Part shown: positions 1 to 8,339 of the stretch, one piece after another | Position numbering within the stretch: position 1 is the first letter of the stretch | Layout: every line of letters starts with the position of its first letter | DNA from: a virus | Lineage: Duplodnaviria; Caudoviricetes | Virus record (IMG/VR): IMGVR_UViG_3300021400_000552 | Coordinates: 1-64,000 of that record | DNA length: 64,000 nt | Reading direction: 5' to 3' (one strand) | Position numbers and translations under genes: made by a program | Notes under the pieces: generated by a model | What the model saw: only the letters and a program-made list of their open reading frames with translations | Databases searched by the model: none | Told to the model about the DNA's origin: nothing

Positions 1-10
1 CCCCACAAAT

Positions 11-158
11 AATAGTTAGTTTTTCTAACTATTAGTTTAACTAACTGTCTTCCTATGCCTGGGGGAGTTAGTCATTTCTAACTCGTTTTATTAACCTACG
101 GCGGGGGTGGGTTGTTTTATATACCTATGATTTTGGTAGGGGGTTAGGCACGTCTAAC
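11..158. promoter_or_regulatory. Three GTTAG-N5/6-CTAAC palindromic sites (putative protein-binding array)
   Basis: AATAGTTAG-ttttt-CTAACTATT (11-33), GAGTTAG-tcattt-CTAACTC (65-84), GTTAG-gcacgt-CTAAC (143-158). Confidence 0.55.
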
Positions 159-448
159 TAATGTCTACAAATCGCAATGGTAGGTATTTTCTGGCAGACA
201 CAAAAAACCTACCAAAAAGGTGGGGGGTATTTATTGACCCACCCTTCTGGTGGGTAGATATACGGCGCATATGTCGGTCTCCAAATTTATTCATCTAAAA
301 ATTGACCTCCGATCCCATTAAATTCGAAACCAAAATTCGGTTTGATCCACAATTTTTATTGTTGCACGACCACAAATTTCTTGAACAAATTTTGTGCAAA
401 TTCACAAAATGTTTCATATTTATCCAATGGCAGCAAACTCATTAAATA

Positions 449-477
449 TTGACATTTTTCATCCTTTAATATACAAT
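449..477 (+). promoter_or_regulatory. sigmaA-type promoter
   Basis: TTGACA (449-454), 17-nt spacer, TACAAT (472-477), upstream of the HTH gene. Confidence 0.75.
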
Positions 478-545
478 ATATACATCGCCGCTAACTTACA
501 TAATACCTAACAAAATCAATACGCCAATTTATAAGGAGCCACCAC

Positions 546-965
546 ATGGATATCAAACAACTAATCAAGATCCAATGCATCAAATCAGGAAACATCCCCC
601 TCAACGAAGTAGCGCGTCGCTGCGGCTGGTGGAGCGGCAACATTACAAAGCGCCTGAACAACAACAACTGGGCCATCGAAGACCTCCAGAAAATTGCAAC
701 AAACGCCCTAGATTGCGCACTATTCGTGGCCTTTAAGTACAAAGACCAGATCACAACAGCAGATTCCATATCCGACATGATCAAGATCCAGTGCATATTA
801 TCCGGCGATATACCGCAAAAAGAACTGGCCTCCCGTCTAGATATTGCCCCCGCAATGCTCTCACACCGCATGCGCAGAGATCGTTGGCGCGTACCACAGC
901 TTGAAGAAATAGCATCCGCCCTGGACTGTGAGTTAATCCTGGAATTTCGTCCCATATCTAAATAG
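546..965 (+). CDS. Tandem XRE/Cro-like HTH transcription regulator
   Basis: Two internal repeats (IKIQCI.SG.IP..E.A.R ... W....L..IA..LDC.L); AAGGAG SD. Confidence 0.75.
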   Translation: MDIKQLIKIQCIKSGNIPLNEVARRCGWWSGNITKRLNNNNWAIEDLQKIATNALDCALFVAFKYKDQITTADSISDMIKIQCILSGDIPQKELASRLDIAPAMLSHRMRRDRWRVPQLEEIASALDCELILEFRPISK

Positions 966-980
966 CCCTCCTCATTTTAG

Positions 981-992
981 GAACATTTGTTC
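981..992. promoter_or_regulatory. Gram-positive LexA (SOS/Cheo) box
   Basis: GAAC-ATTT-GTTC followed by G, matching GAAC-N4-GTTC, intergenic and upstream of the recombinase. Confidence 0.6.
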
Positions 993-1118
993 GCGTTCCT
1001 ATTTAAAATACCATCTTTGAATATATAATGCAACCATTTTTTTGTTCTATTTAGTAGACATTTTCCGCTAAAAGTTGACATTTTTCCGCTAAACGGGGGC
1101 ATTTCAACCACCTCCCCA

Positions 1119-1127
1119 TGCTATAAT
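1119..1127 (+). promoter_or_regulatory. Extended -10 promoter element
   Basis: TG-c-TATAAT about 45 nt upstream of the recombinase ATG. Confidence 0.55.
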
Positions 1128-1170
1128 ATTATAGAAAATAAAATATAACTTACATTATAAGGGGGTCATC

Positions 1171-1953
1171 ATGGAATACGTACACACAAGTTTAGCTGAA
1201 ACGCTGCCGACAAATGTTATTTATGCCGATTTTACAGTACACACACAGGACGAATCCAAAGAGCGCCGCTCAACATCACTATACAAGTCAAACGGCGTTC
1301 TCAAGGCGACAGCCGCGGAACCGATCAGATCGCTCGCTGATATTCACGCGATCCAACAGTATTTCTTATCACACAATCAGATGCGCAATTACACCATGTT
1401 TACACTCGGCATCCTCTTTGGTCTGCGCGCCGGGGATCTTCTTTCGCTCCGCTTCAGCCACGTTATGCTGCCGGATGGCCGCTTCAAATCCCACTGCGAT
1501 CTGATTGAGGCCAAGACCCGCAAATTCAACAACCCGGCCATTACACCGCAGATCCGCAAAATACTCACCACCTATATCGACGAGTGTTGCCCGTATTACA
1601 AGCTCAGCGATCCGATCTTCCGCTCCAACAAAGTAAACGCCGACAAGACATTCCGGCCGATCACTATTACACAGCTTAATCGTATCCTGAAAAAAGCGGC
1701 CGCCGCCTGCAATGTGCCGGGGCACATCAGCTCGCACAGCCTCCGCAAAACATTCGTATACCACATGATTAAATCTAATCCAAACAGTGACGAGGCTAAA
1801 TTTGCCGTCCAGACCATGCTTAACCACGCGGATTTCAAGACGACGCTGATCTATTGCGGCATAACCCAAGAGGCGGTCGATGGTTTCCGGGCCGGACTGG
1901 GCGCATATTTTGCCACCGGAACTGAGGAGACGACCATGGAGAAGACATTATGA
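1171..1953 (+). CDS. Tyrosine recombinase (compact, essentially catalytic domain only)
   Basis: GLRAGD (R), EAKTRK (K), SHSLRK (HxxR), LNH, TLIY catalytic residues. Confidence 0.9.
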   Translation: MEYVHTSLAETLPTNVIYADFTVHTQDESKERRSTSLYKSNGVLKATAAEPIRSLADIHAIQQYFLSHNQMRNYTMFTLGILFGLRAGDLLSLRFSHVMLPDGRFKSHCDLIEAKTRKFNNPAITPQIRKILTTYIDECCPYYKLSDPIFRSNKVNADKTFRPITITQLNRILKKAAAACNVPGHISSHSLRKTFVYHMIKSNPNSDEAKFAVQTMLNHADFKTTLIYCGITQEAVDGFRAGLGAYFATGTEETTMEKTL

Positions 1954-2219
1954 GCTACCAACGTAAACAAGAAGATAAACGACGCCTGAACAAACTTTAC
2001 GCTAGCACGCGGCAATCATGCGGGGCGGGAGCCTATTATGACCAGCGCAAAGACCGCATTATCCGCTATTCATACGCGGACAAAGGGCGCGGCCGCTACC
2101 TTAAGCGCCTGTCATCACGCGCCGTACGACGCCAGGACACAAACGAGGACAGTCCGCCCGCGCCGGGAGCCCGCGCTGCCTACCGCCGGACTTTTGATTA
2201 TTGGTGGAATCTATTTTGA
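1950..2219 (+). CDS. Small basic hypothetical phage protein
   Basis: ATGA overlap with recombinase stop, GGAG SD, Arg/Lys-rich. Confidence 0.65.
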   Translation: MSYQRKQEDKRRLNKLYASTRQSCGAGAYYDQRKDRIIRYSYADKGRGRYLKRLSSRAVRRQDTNEDSPPAPGARAAYRRTFDYWWNLF

Positions 2220-2511
2220 GTCGCCCGCCGCCCGCCGCCCTGCTCTGCCCGCCCGCTGCCCGCTATATTGTTCCTTGTCATAATCACAACCGCCGTAAGG
2301 CGGGCCCTGCAGTGAGGCGCAGCCTCACAAAGTAATAATAATATATTGCTGGCCAAGTTGTGGTGACAAAACAATTCTGCGACACAGTACGGGGCCGTGG
2401 TGTTGTTTCTCCCAGACTTTTATTGCGTAGTTGAATAATTTATCAGAATTGAAATAAAATCGCTTAAATCGAACGTCACGTTTATTTTGAAATAAATATA
2501 AGAGGATCTTT

Positions 2512-2808
2512 ATGAAGTTAAATATAGACATAGAACCATATTTTTGTCCTAAATGCGGCAAATTTCGCAGCGCGAACCAAACCGAGCGCATGTTTAATAA
2601 ATGCGTTCATTACGAGCGCGATCAGAATACGGGCAAATGGACGTCACATATCGTAGAAGGTATCCAGCGCAGCTGTATCGAGTGTAATACACACGTCATA
2701 AATAGCGGCGACCTTTGTGTATGTGCAATAAAAAAATTGATCAAAGACGAATATATGTATCGGCCGGATAACGGCGCGAGTAATACTATGCGTTATATGC
2801 CGCCGTGA
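2512..2808 (+). CDS. Hypothetical Zn-ribbon protein
   Basis: CPKC and CIEC motifs; AAGAGG SD. Confidence 0.6.
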   Translation: MKLNIDIEPYFCPKCGKFRSANQTERMFNKCVHYERDQNTGKWTSHIVEGIQRSCIECNTHVINSGDLCVCAIKKLIKDEYMYRPDNGASNTMRYMPP

Positions 2809-2941
2809 GAGGCCGTGACGTAACTTCTCAGCGACTTAAATTGCTATATTGATTAATTTACTTATAAAATATAATTTTTAGCTTAAATCTAATGCCACGC
2901 GTATTTACATATAACATTTTTAAGAAAGGTAACAATACAAT

Positions 2942-3208
2942 ATGTTTTCATATACCACTACTAATGCCAGCATAAACATATACGGGGAAACGACCAGATC
3001 ATGGAATGTGCCAGGTTCATCAACAGCGAGCATAACATATCCTGATGAGTTTAATGCATATTTTACAGGTAATGATATAAATTGGGAATTATTACATACC
3101 TTGTGGCGACCATATGACAAAACAAAACAGGCGGCAAGAAATTGTAGCAAGAAAAATAATAGTCGGCAATTAAATTCAGAAGACCTATTAAATTTTTTGG
3201 AAAGTTAA
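2942..3208 (+). CDS. Hypothetical protein
   Basis: ORF with AGAAAGG SD, co-oriented. Confidence 0.5.
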   Translation: MFSYTTTNASINIYGETTRSWNVPGSSTASITYPDEFNAYFTGNDINWELLHTLWRPYDKTKQAARNCSKKNNSRQLNSEDLLNFLES

Positions 3209-3360
3209 AGTTATGCGCGCAGCGCACGCAAGCGTCAGCTGGCTGGGCGGACGCCCATGGCCAGCCAGGTGGCGCGCTCTTTAACTATAAATAGATCTTA
3301 AAAATAATATTGTTATCAATATTATTTAAGATCTTTAAGATAGTTATGTCAACATTAGCA

Positions 3361-3456
3361 GAAAGAAATCTTCTACTTATGCTGACATAAGGTATGAAAG
3401 AAATCTTCTACTTATGTTGACATAAGGTGTGAAAGAAATCTTCTACTTATGCTGAC
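3361..3456 (+). repeat. Three 35-bp tandem direct repeats (candidate iterons)
   Basis: GAAAGAAATCTTCTACTTATG(C/T)TGAC at 3361, 3396, 3431; internal CTTATG..CATAAG palindrome; inverted partial copy at 3344-3355. Confidence 0.85.
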
Positions 3457-3528
3457 GGGATTTGTAAAAAGTAGAAAGTTTTATACTGTATCTTTTATGG
3501 AAATTTTAGGCAGAAAAGAGGTGGTGGA

Positions 3529-4428
3529 TTGTACAAATTTGAAATAAGAAACAGTTTTATAAAATCTTTCGACAGCGATATGCCGGATTCAATTTATCAT
3601 TACGAGCCGGAACTTGACCCGGAGATTATAGAGGGGCGGCTGCTTGTCAACGCATATTTATATGCGCATGTAAATCACAGGTGGTACGTCCCCACTACCC
3701 CACAACATATGTTGCAGTATCTCGGAGTTCGTACAGGACAGCAGAATTGGCGTACGAATGTAGGAACTCGTGTTGTAGATAAGGGGTTGCGATGGATGGC
3801 GCAGAACGGATTTATTAACTTTGATGATGGTGTGGCGCCTTCTATTCTTGAACATAAATACCGGGACGCAATAGTTATATATGTTAATGAGTCTTTATTT
3901 GATATGTACTGTGTGCAGATCAAAAGAGCGCAGCCGTATATCAGATTATACCAAAGCGACATTGAGAAGATCTTTTCCTTGAAAAAGGTAAAGACATATA
4001 AATTGTTTCGCATATATTGCTATCTTAGATCATGTATGCGCAACGCGCCTCCGTTTGGCTGGGTCGTGACTCATAAAGAAATTGAAAATGCGACCGGGTA
4101 TGATAGGACGTATATTTCGCGGGCAACTCAGATCTTGTGCGATGAGCTCGGCGTATTACACAGACAACAATTGCGCCGCATAGGGGCCAACGTCCCACCA
4201 TACTGCTACATATTTAATATTGACGGATGGGAAAAGTATTTACAGCAATCGATCAACCAGTTATATGGTGGCAAAAATTCAAGCGCTAAAGTTTCAGACA
4301 AAAAGAAAGCCGAGAATGGTGAAAAACCGGCAGAAGAAAAAAAGCGCAAAGTGTTTGATGATGGATCACAAGAAGTGATGCCGGATGATTTGCCGCCAGA
4401 CATACGAAAGGCATTTTATGGATATTAA
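3529..4428 (+). CDS. Winged-HTH protein, putative replication initiator
   Basis: HTH-like THKEIENATGYDRTYISRATQILCDELGVL; lies directly after the repeats; TTG start with GAGGTG SD. Confidence 0.5.
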   Translation: MYKFEIRNSFIKSFDSDMPDSIYHYEPELDPEIIEGRLLVNAYLYAHVNHRWYVPTTPQHMLQYLGVRTGQQNWRTNVGTRVVDKGLRWMAQNGFINFDDGVAPSILEHKYRDAIVIYVNESLFDMYCVQIKRAQPYIRLYQSDIEKIFSLKKVKTYKLFRIYCYLRSCMRNAPPFGWVVTHKEIENATGYDRTYISRATQILCDELGVLHRQQLRRIGANVPPYCYIFNIDGWEKYLQQSINQLYGGKNSSAKVSDKKKAENGEKPAEEKKRKVFDDGSQEVMPDDLPPDIRKAFYGY

Positions 4429-4444
4429 GAAGGGAGTTTTATGA

Positions 4445-4660
4445 TTGGTGATGTGTAATGGGAATAGGATATGCGCCAATTGTTTATGGATGGACATGTG
4501 CAGCACGTCCGACATGGAAAGTGTTGCGTGTTGCGGCTGCGATTATTATGATTGCGATTCCGTGAATTGTGGACATGAAATTATGTGGCGCGATGAAATC
4601 GATAAATTTATACAGGAATGGTATAGGTACACTACGCAATACGATGGGTTTTGCGGTTGA
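4445..4660 (+). CDS. Small Cys-rich hypothetical protein
   Basis: CANC..C..CCGC..C; exact start uncertain. Confidence 0.55.
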   Translation: MVMCNGNRICANCLWMDMCSTSDMESVACCGCDYYDCDSVNCGHEIMWRDEIDKFIQEWYRYTTQYDGFCG

Positions 4661-4689
4661 ATTATTAACAGTATAAGAAACGAGGTTAT

Positions 4690-4947
4690 ATGGATAGAAA
4701 AACTTTCATCATTACTATGCGCGTTGTACACAACGCATTGTTCAAGCTGCACGCTCCGGCCAATGTCGAGGAAGGACAGGTCCTCAACGATCTAATCGAT
4801 ACATACATATCTATGATCGCCGGGTTCCACAAATGGCTTTATACAGAGCTTCGGACTTTTCTGTTATCACATAAAGATATTACAGACGAAGATCTTGGGG
4901 ACCTTTACGACACGCTTTCAACGGAACCCGCCGGAGTTGATCAGTAA
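4690..4947 (+). CDS. Hypothetical protein
   Basis: ORF with GAGG SD, co-oriented. Confidence 0.55.
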   Translation: MDRKTFIITMRVVHNALFKLHAPANVEEGQVLNDLIDTYISMIAGFHKWLYTELRTFLLSHKDITDEDLGDLYDTLSTEPAGVDQ

Positions 4948-4959
4948 GGAGGTGTTGAT

Positions 4960-7683
4960 ATAGCATTAGATAAACAAATCCATATGTACAGTGTTGATAC
5001 GACGGCATTTTTGACGCGGCGCGAATATAAGCTGAATGGCAAGAAACAGCAACTGGAACGCGAAAAGGCCCGCATCGACGATATGATCGATCATTTAAGG
5101 ATCGAGATAGATGATATTATACATAATAAAGAGGCTGCCGATCAGATCCGCCAACATATCGGCCAGGTGGAACTATATTTTTATCAAAATGACGGCCTGT
5201 TCACTGTTGAACAGATAGATAAGCTGCTTCGTATTAATGAGCGCTATAACATGCTGTATCATTATCGTCAAATGAAGATTGATAAGATCAAGGCGGTCAA
5301 GGAACAAATACACGACACTCTTAACGAGGCAATCGAAAAAAACAAATGGCGTCAGCATAAAGTGTTGCGCAGATTGCGCCCGGATGCGCTTGTGGAGCGA
5401 AATGTTATCTCTAATTTTGAATCTTCCCTCTCTCGTATTCTTGGGATAGAAACTAATACGCTGACGCTTGATTTAATAACGATCGAGGTGTTTTACGAGG
5501 AATGTGCGCAACAGCTTATTAATGATGGTTTTACATATAATGGTGAAAAATATGTGTTCTTCGCCGCTTCAGCCGGGCAGATACGGACCAAGCGAACTGT
5601 ATTTATAAAAGAATCCGTATTACAGGAACACGAAGACACATTGACTTGTGGTTTATCGATTGACGACATCAATGCTCGCGGTGGTGTAAATGTGAATAAG
5701 TTTTTGGCGTATTATGCGCTTTCTGGCAGTGCTACTGATTGGTGGGAAGATTTTGATATAGATCGTTGTATAGTCGTGCCGGATTTTGCTTCAACAGTAC
5801 ACGGGGTCGTAGACCACGTAGATGATGTGACATACACTGTGGAGCGCAAAGAAATGGATATTGAGATCGAACACACGGATGGCTGTGGGATGATGCTTCC
5901 GAGTGTTAGTCGCCATAATTTCATGATTCGTATGCCGTGGGTTAAGGGGCTTTTAGCTGTGTTTGATTTCCGGCGATTTATAGAAGAACATGATTGCAAC
6001 CCGGTTATTACAGATGTATGGGGCGCGGAGCATAACGTGATCGATGAGGATATACGAGTTATATTGACAAAGAGTCAGATGAAGATGCACAAATATTATC
6101 CGAGTTGGGATGCATATAAAGATAGTTTTAAAAAGTATCATTGCCAGGCTGGACGGTGCAAGGAAGAGGAAGACTATATATCAGATGCCCAAATCAATTA
6201 TCAAATGCTTCAGACACTTACTGATATTACACAGGAAGAACTTGCGAAGATTGCAGAGCCTGCTATACAGCGTATCGATAATGCGACAAAGAGCATTGCA
6301 GGAATGCTAGATATTATGCGGGCAACAAAAGACAACCAACATAAGTCGCCACTTGAAAAAGCGCTTTACTTATGTCCTGAATTGCTCACAGATAATCATT
6401 GTAAAGAAACCATTACTGAGATCAAGCGCAAGATGGTCAACGAGTATCGTGCTGGCAAACTGCCAGTGAATGGCAAATACACTTTCGTTGTGCCGGATTT
6501 ATATGCTGCGTGCGAGTATTGGTTCTTGCATGAAGAGCATCCGCGCGGACTGCTTGATGATGGTGAGGTGTTCTGCGCGCTATACCCCACCGCTCACAAG
6601 CTTGATTGTCTTCGTGCTCCGCATTTATATAGGGAGCATGCAGTAAGACGCAACTTAATTGATAACATGACGGCAGATTGGTTTAGCACAAACGCCATCT
6701 ATACAAGCTGTCATGATTTAATCAGCAGAATACTCCAGTTCGATAACGACGGTGACACCCTTCTAATCGTTGCAAATCCAACGATTATTAAGGTTGCCGA
6801 GCGCAATATGCGTGGAGTTGTTCCGCTGTATTACGAGATGAAGAAAGCTGAACCAAATATTATTGATCGTAGCAAGTTTTATGAAGGGATGAAGCTTGCG
6901 TGGGCTGGTGGCAAGATTGGCGAACCAAGCAACAACATAACTAAAATCTGGAATGAGGATGAAATTGGAGAGGATGAAGAGTTGGCTGTAAAGCTTTTAT
7001 GCATGGAGGTCAATTATACGATTGATTTCGCAAAAACTCTATACAAAACTAAGCGCCCAGATTGGGTTGACGATTTTCTTGGCCGTTATACACGTAAAAA
7101 AGTCCCCTATTTCTTTCAGGAGGCGAAGGGTAAAGAAAAACACCAAGTATCCGCTATTACAGAATCTCTCGTTAATCAATTGCGTGGTTTGATCAAAAAT
7201 AAGCGTATAAGTTATCACAATCTCGCCCCGTTTGATTATACCTTATTAATGTATGATCGCTCAGTTGATTATTGCGATATGAGGCTTGCTAAAACTTATG
7301 ATGATCTTGCACAGAAATATCATTTTAAATTAGCCCATACGTACGATGAAGATGAAACAAATATCAGTTATATTATCGCGCTTTGTATGGAACAGCTTGA
7401 AGATCTTCAAATTACGATGGAGCAGATGATAGATCAGCTAACATATTACCTATTTAATAAGCGTAGCAAGAAGTCCCTATACTGGTGTTGTTTTGGGGAC
7501 AGGCTAATTGAAAATTTAGAGAAGAACTTAGACAGATCAACACGATGCTGTCTAAAATGTGGTGTTCGTTTTAAGCCGCGTAATAATAGGCAGCGTTATT
7601 GTAGTGATTGTGCGGGTGAAATAAAGCGTGAAAAGGCAAGACTGAGGCAACAAAGGCATCGTGAACGAAACAGAATTACATAA
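4960..7683 (+). CDS. yonO: YonO-like single-subunit (double-psi barrel) DNA-dependent RNA polymerase
   Basis: LRAPH and catalytic FDNDGD (DxDGD) motifs, HTDGCG, C-terminal CxxC..CxxC; SPbeta-like synteny. AAGGAGGTG SD points to ATA at 4960; first ATG is at 4984. Confidence 0.85.
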   Translation: MALDKQIHMYSVDTTAFLTRREYKLNGKKQQLEREKARIDDMIDHLRIEIDDIIHNKEAADQIRQHIGQVELYFYQNDGLFTVEQIDKLLRINERYNMLYHYRQMKIDKIKAVKEQIHDTLNEAIEKNKWRQHKVLRRLRPDALVERNVISNFESSLSRILGIETNTLTLDLITIEVFYEECAQQLINDGFTYNGEKYVFFAASAGQIRTKRTVFIKESVLQEHEDTLTCGLSIDDINARGGVNVNKFLAYYALSGSATDWWEDFDIDRCIVVPDFASTVHGVVDHVDDVTYTVERKEMDIEIEHTDGCGMMLPSVSRHNFMIRMPWVKGLLAVFDFRRFIEEHDCNPVITDVWGAEHNVIDEDIRVILTKSQMKMHKYYPSWDAYKDSFKKYHCQAGRCKEEEDYISDAQINYQMLQTLTDITQEELAKIAEPAIQRIDNATKSIAGMLDIMRATKDNQHKSPLEKALYLCPELLTDNHCKETITEIKRKMVNEYRAGKLPVNGKYTFVVPDLYAACEYWFLHEEHPRGLLDDGEVFCALYPTAHKLDCLRAPHLYREHAVRRNLIDNMTADWFSTNAIYTSCHDLISRILQFDNDGDTLLIVANPTIIKVAERNMRGVVPLYYEMKKAEPNIIDRSKFYEGMKLAWAGGKIGEPSNNITKIWNEDEIGEDEELAVKLLCMEVNYTIDFAKTLYKTKRPDWVDDFLGRYTRKKVPYFFQEAKGKEKHQVSAITESLVNQLRGLIKNKRISYHNLAPFDYTLLMYDRSVDYCDMRLAKTYDDLAQKYHFKLAHTYDEDETNISYIIALCMEQLEDLQITMEQMIDQLTYYLFNKRSKKSLYWCCFGDRLIENLEKNLDRSTRCCLKCGVRFKPRNNRQRYCSDCAGEIKREKARLRQQRHRERNRIT

Positions 7684-7736
7684 AATGTGTCACGCTTTAA
7701 GGAACGTTGAAATTTCAATATTTATAGCAGATTAGG

Positions 7737-7772
7737 AAAATAGAAACGTTGGAATTTCAACGTTTCTATTTT
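7737..7772. promoter_or_regulatory. 15-bp perfect inverted repeat (terminator or operator)
   Basis: AAAATAGAAACGTTG-gaattt-CAACGTTTCTATTTT; related partial copy at 7703-7718. Confidence 0.55.
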
Positions 7773-7882
7773 TTCTTACCACGCTTATGGGAAGAAGGTA
7801 TAAAAATTTATTATACCCCCATTTTTATTCCCCTTTCTTTTTGATCTTTTCTGATCATCACCTTCTTCCCTTTTTCTATCGC

Positions 7883-7957
7883 TGCGGGGTAATTCAGTAG
7901 CAGAAGGCCAGCCTCATAAGCTGGAGGTCGAGTGTGCAAATCGCTCCCCCGCATCCA
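7883..7957 (+). tRNA. tRNA with CAT anticodon (Met/fMet/Ile2; atypical)
   Basis: Acceptor TGCGGGG/CCCCGCA, anticodon arm CCAGC-CTCATAA-GCTGG, T arm GAGTG-TGCAAAT-CGCTC, encoded CCA. Confidence 0.8.
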
Positions 7958-7995
7958 TTGTTATTGGCGATAAACGTTTGTCGTCGTGCATAATT

Positions 7996-8072
7996 GGCAC
8001 GTTAGCTCAGCCAGGTAGAGCGGCGGACTGTTAATTCGCGTGTCCTAGGTTCGAATCCTAGACGTGCCGCCA
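7996..8072 (+). tRNA. tRNA-Asn(GTT)
   Basis: Acceptor GGCACGT/ACGTGCC, anticodon arm GCGGA-CTGTTAA-TTCGC, TTCGAAT T loop, G discriminator, CCA. Confidence 0.92.
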
Positions 8073-8120
8073 ATATTCCTATTTATTAGGAAAATTTTTA
8101 CATAAAAAGGAGAAAATGTT

Positions 8121-8297
8121 ATTTTTAAGATTACTAAAGAACAGGCGGAGTTCCTAAGAGAACACGCAAAAGAATCACGCATTACAACTGTCGGGCGAAA
8201 TAAAAAATCAAATCGTAAGGTAAGATATGTTGATGAATCTGATGAAACGAAATGGTTGCTCGATGAATATAGGCGCATTCATATGTGTCTGAATTGA
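8121..8297 (+). CDS. Small hypothetical protein (58 aa, not in ORF track; probable ATT start)
   Basis: Open frame IFKITKEQAEFLREH...KWLLDEYRRIHMCLN*; AAGGAG SD 8 nt before ATT; in-frame stop at 8103. Confidence 0.55.
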   Translation: MFKITKEQAEFLREHAKESRITTVGRNKKSNRKVRYVDESDETKWLLDEYRRIHMCLN

Positions 8298-8339
8298 TCT
8301 GGCGAGATCAAATTTTAAGAGAAAAGGAGATAATGAAAA

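Noticed and set aside
3361-3456. 35-bp repeats as a CRISPR array
   Set aside because: Units are contiguous with no unique spacers, and no cas genes are present; they fit iterons better
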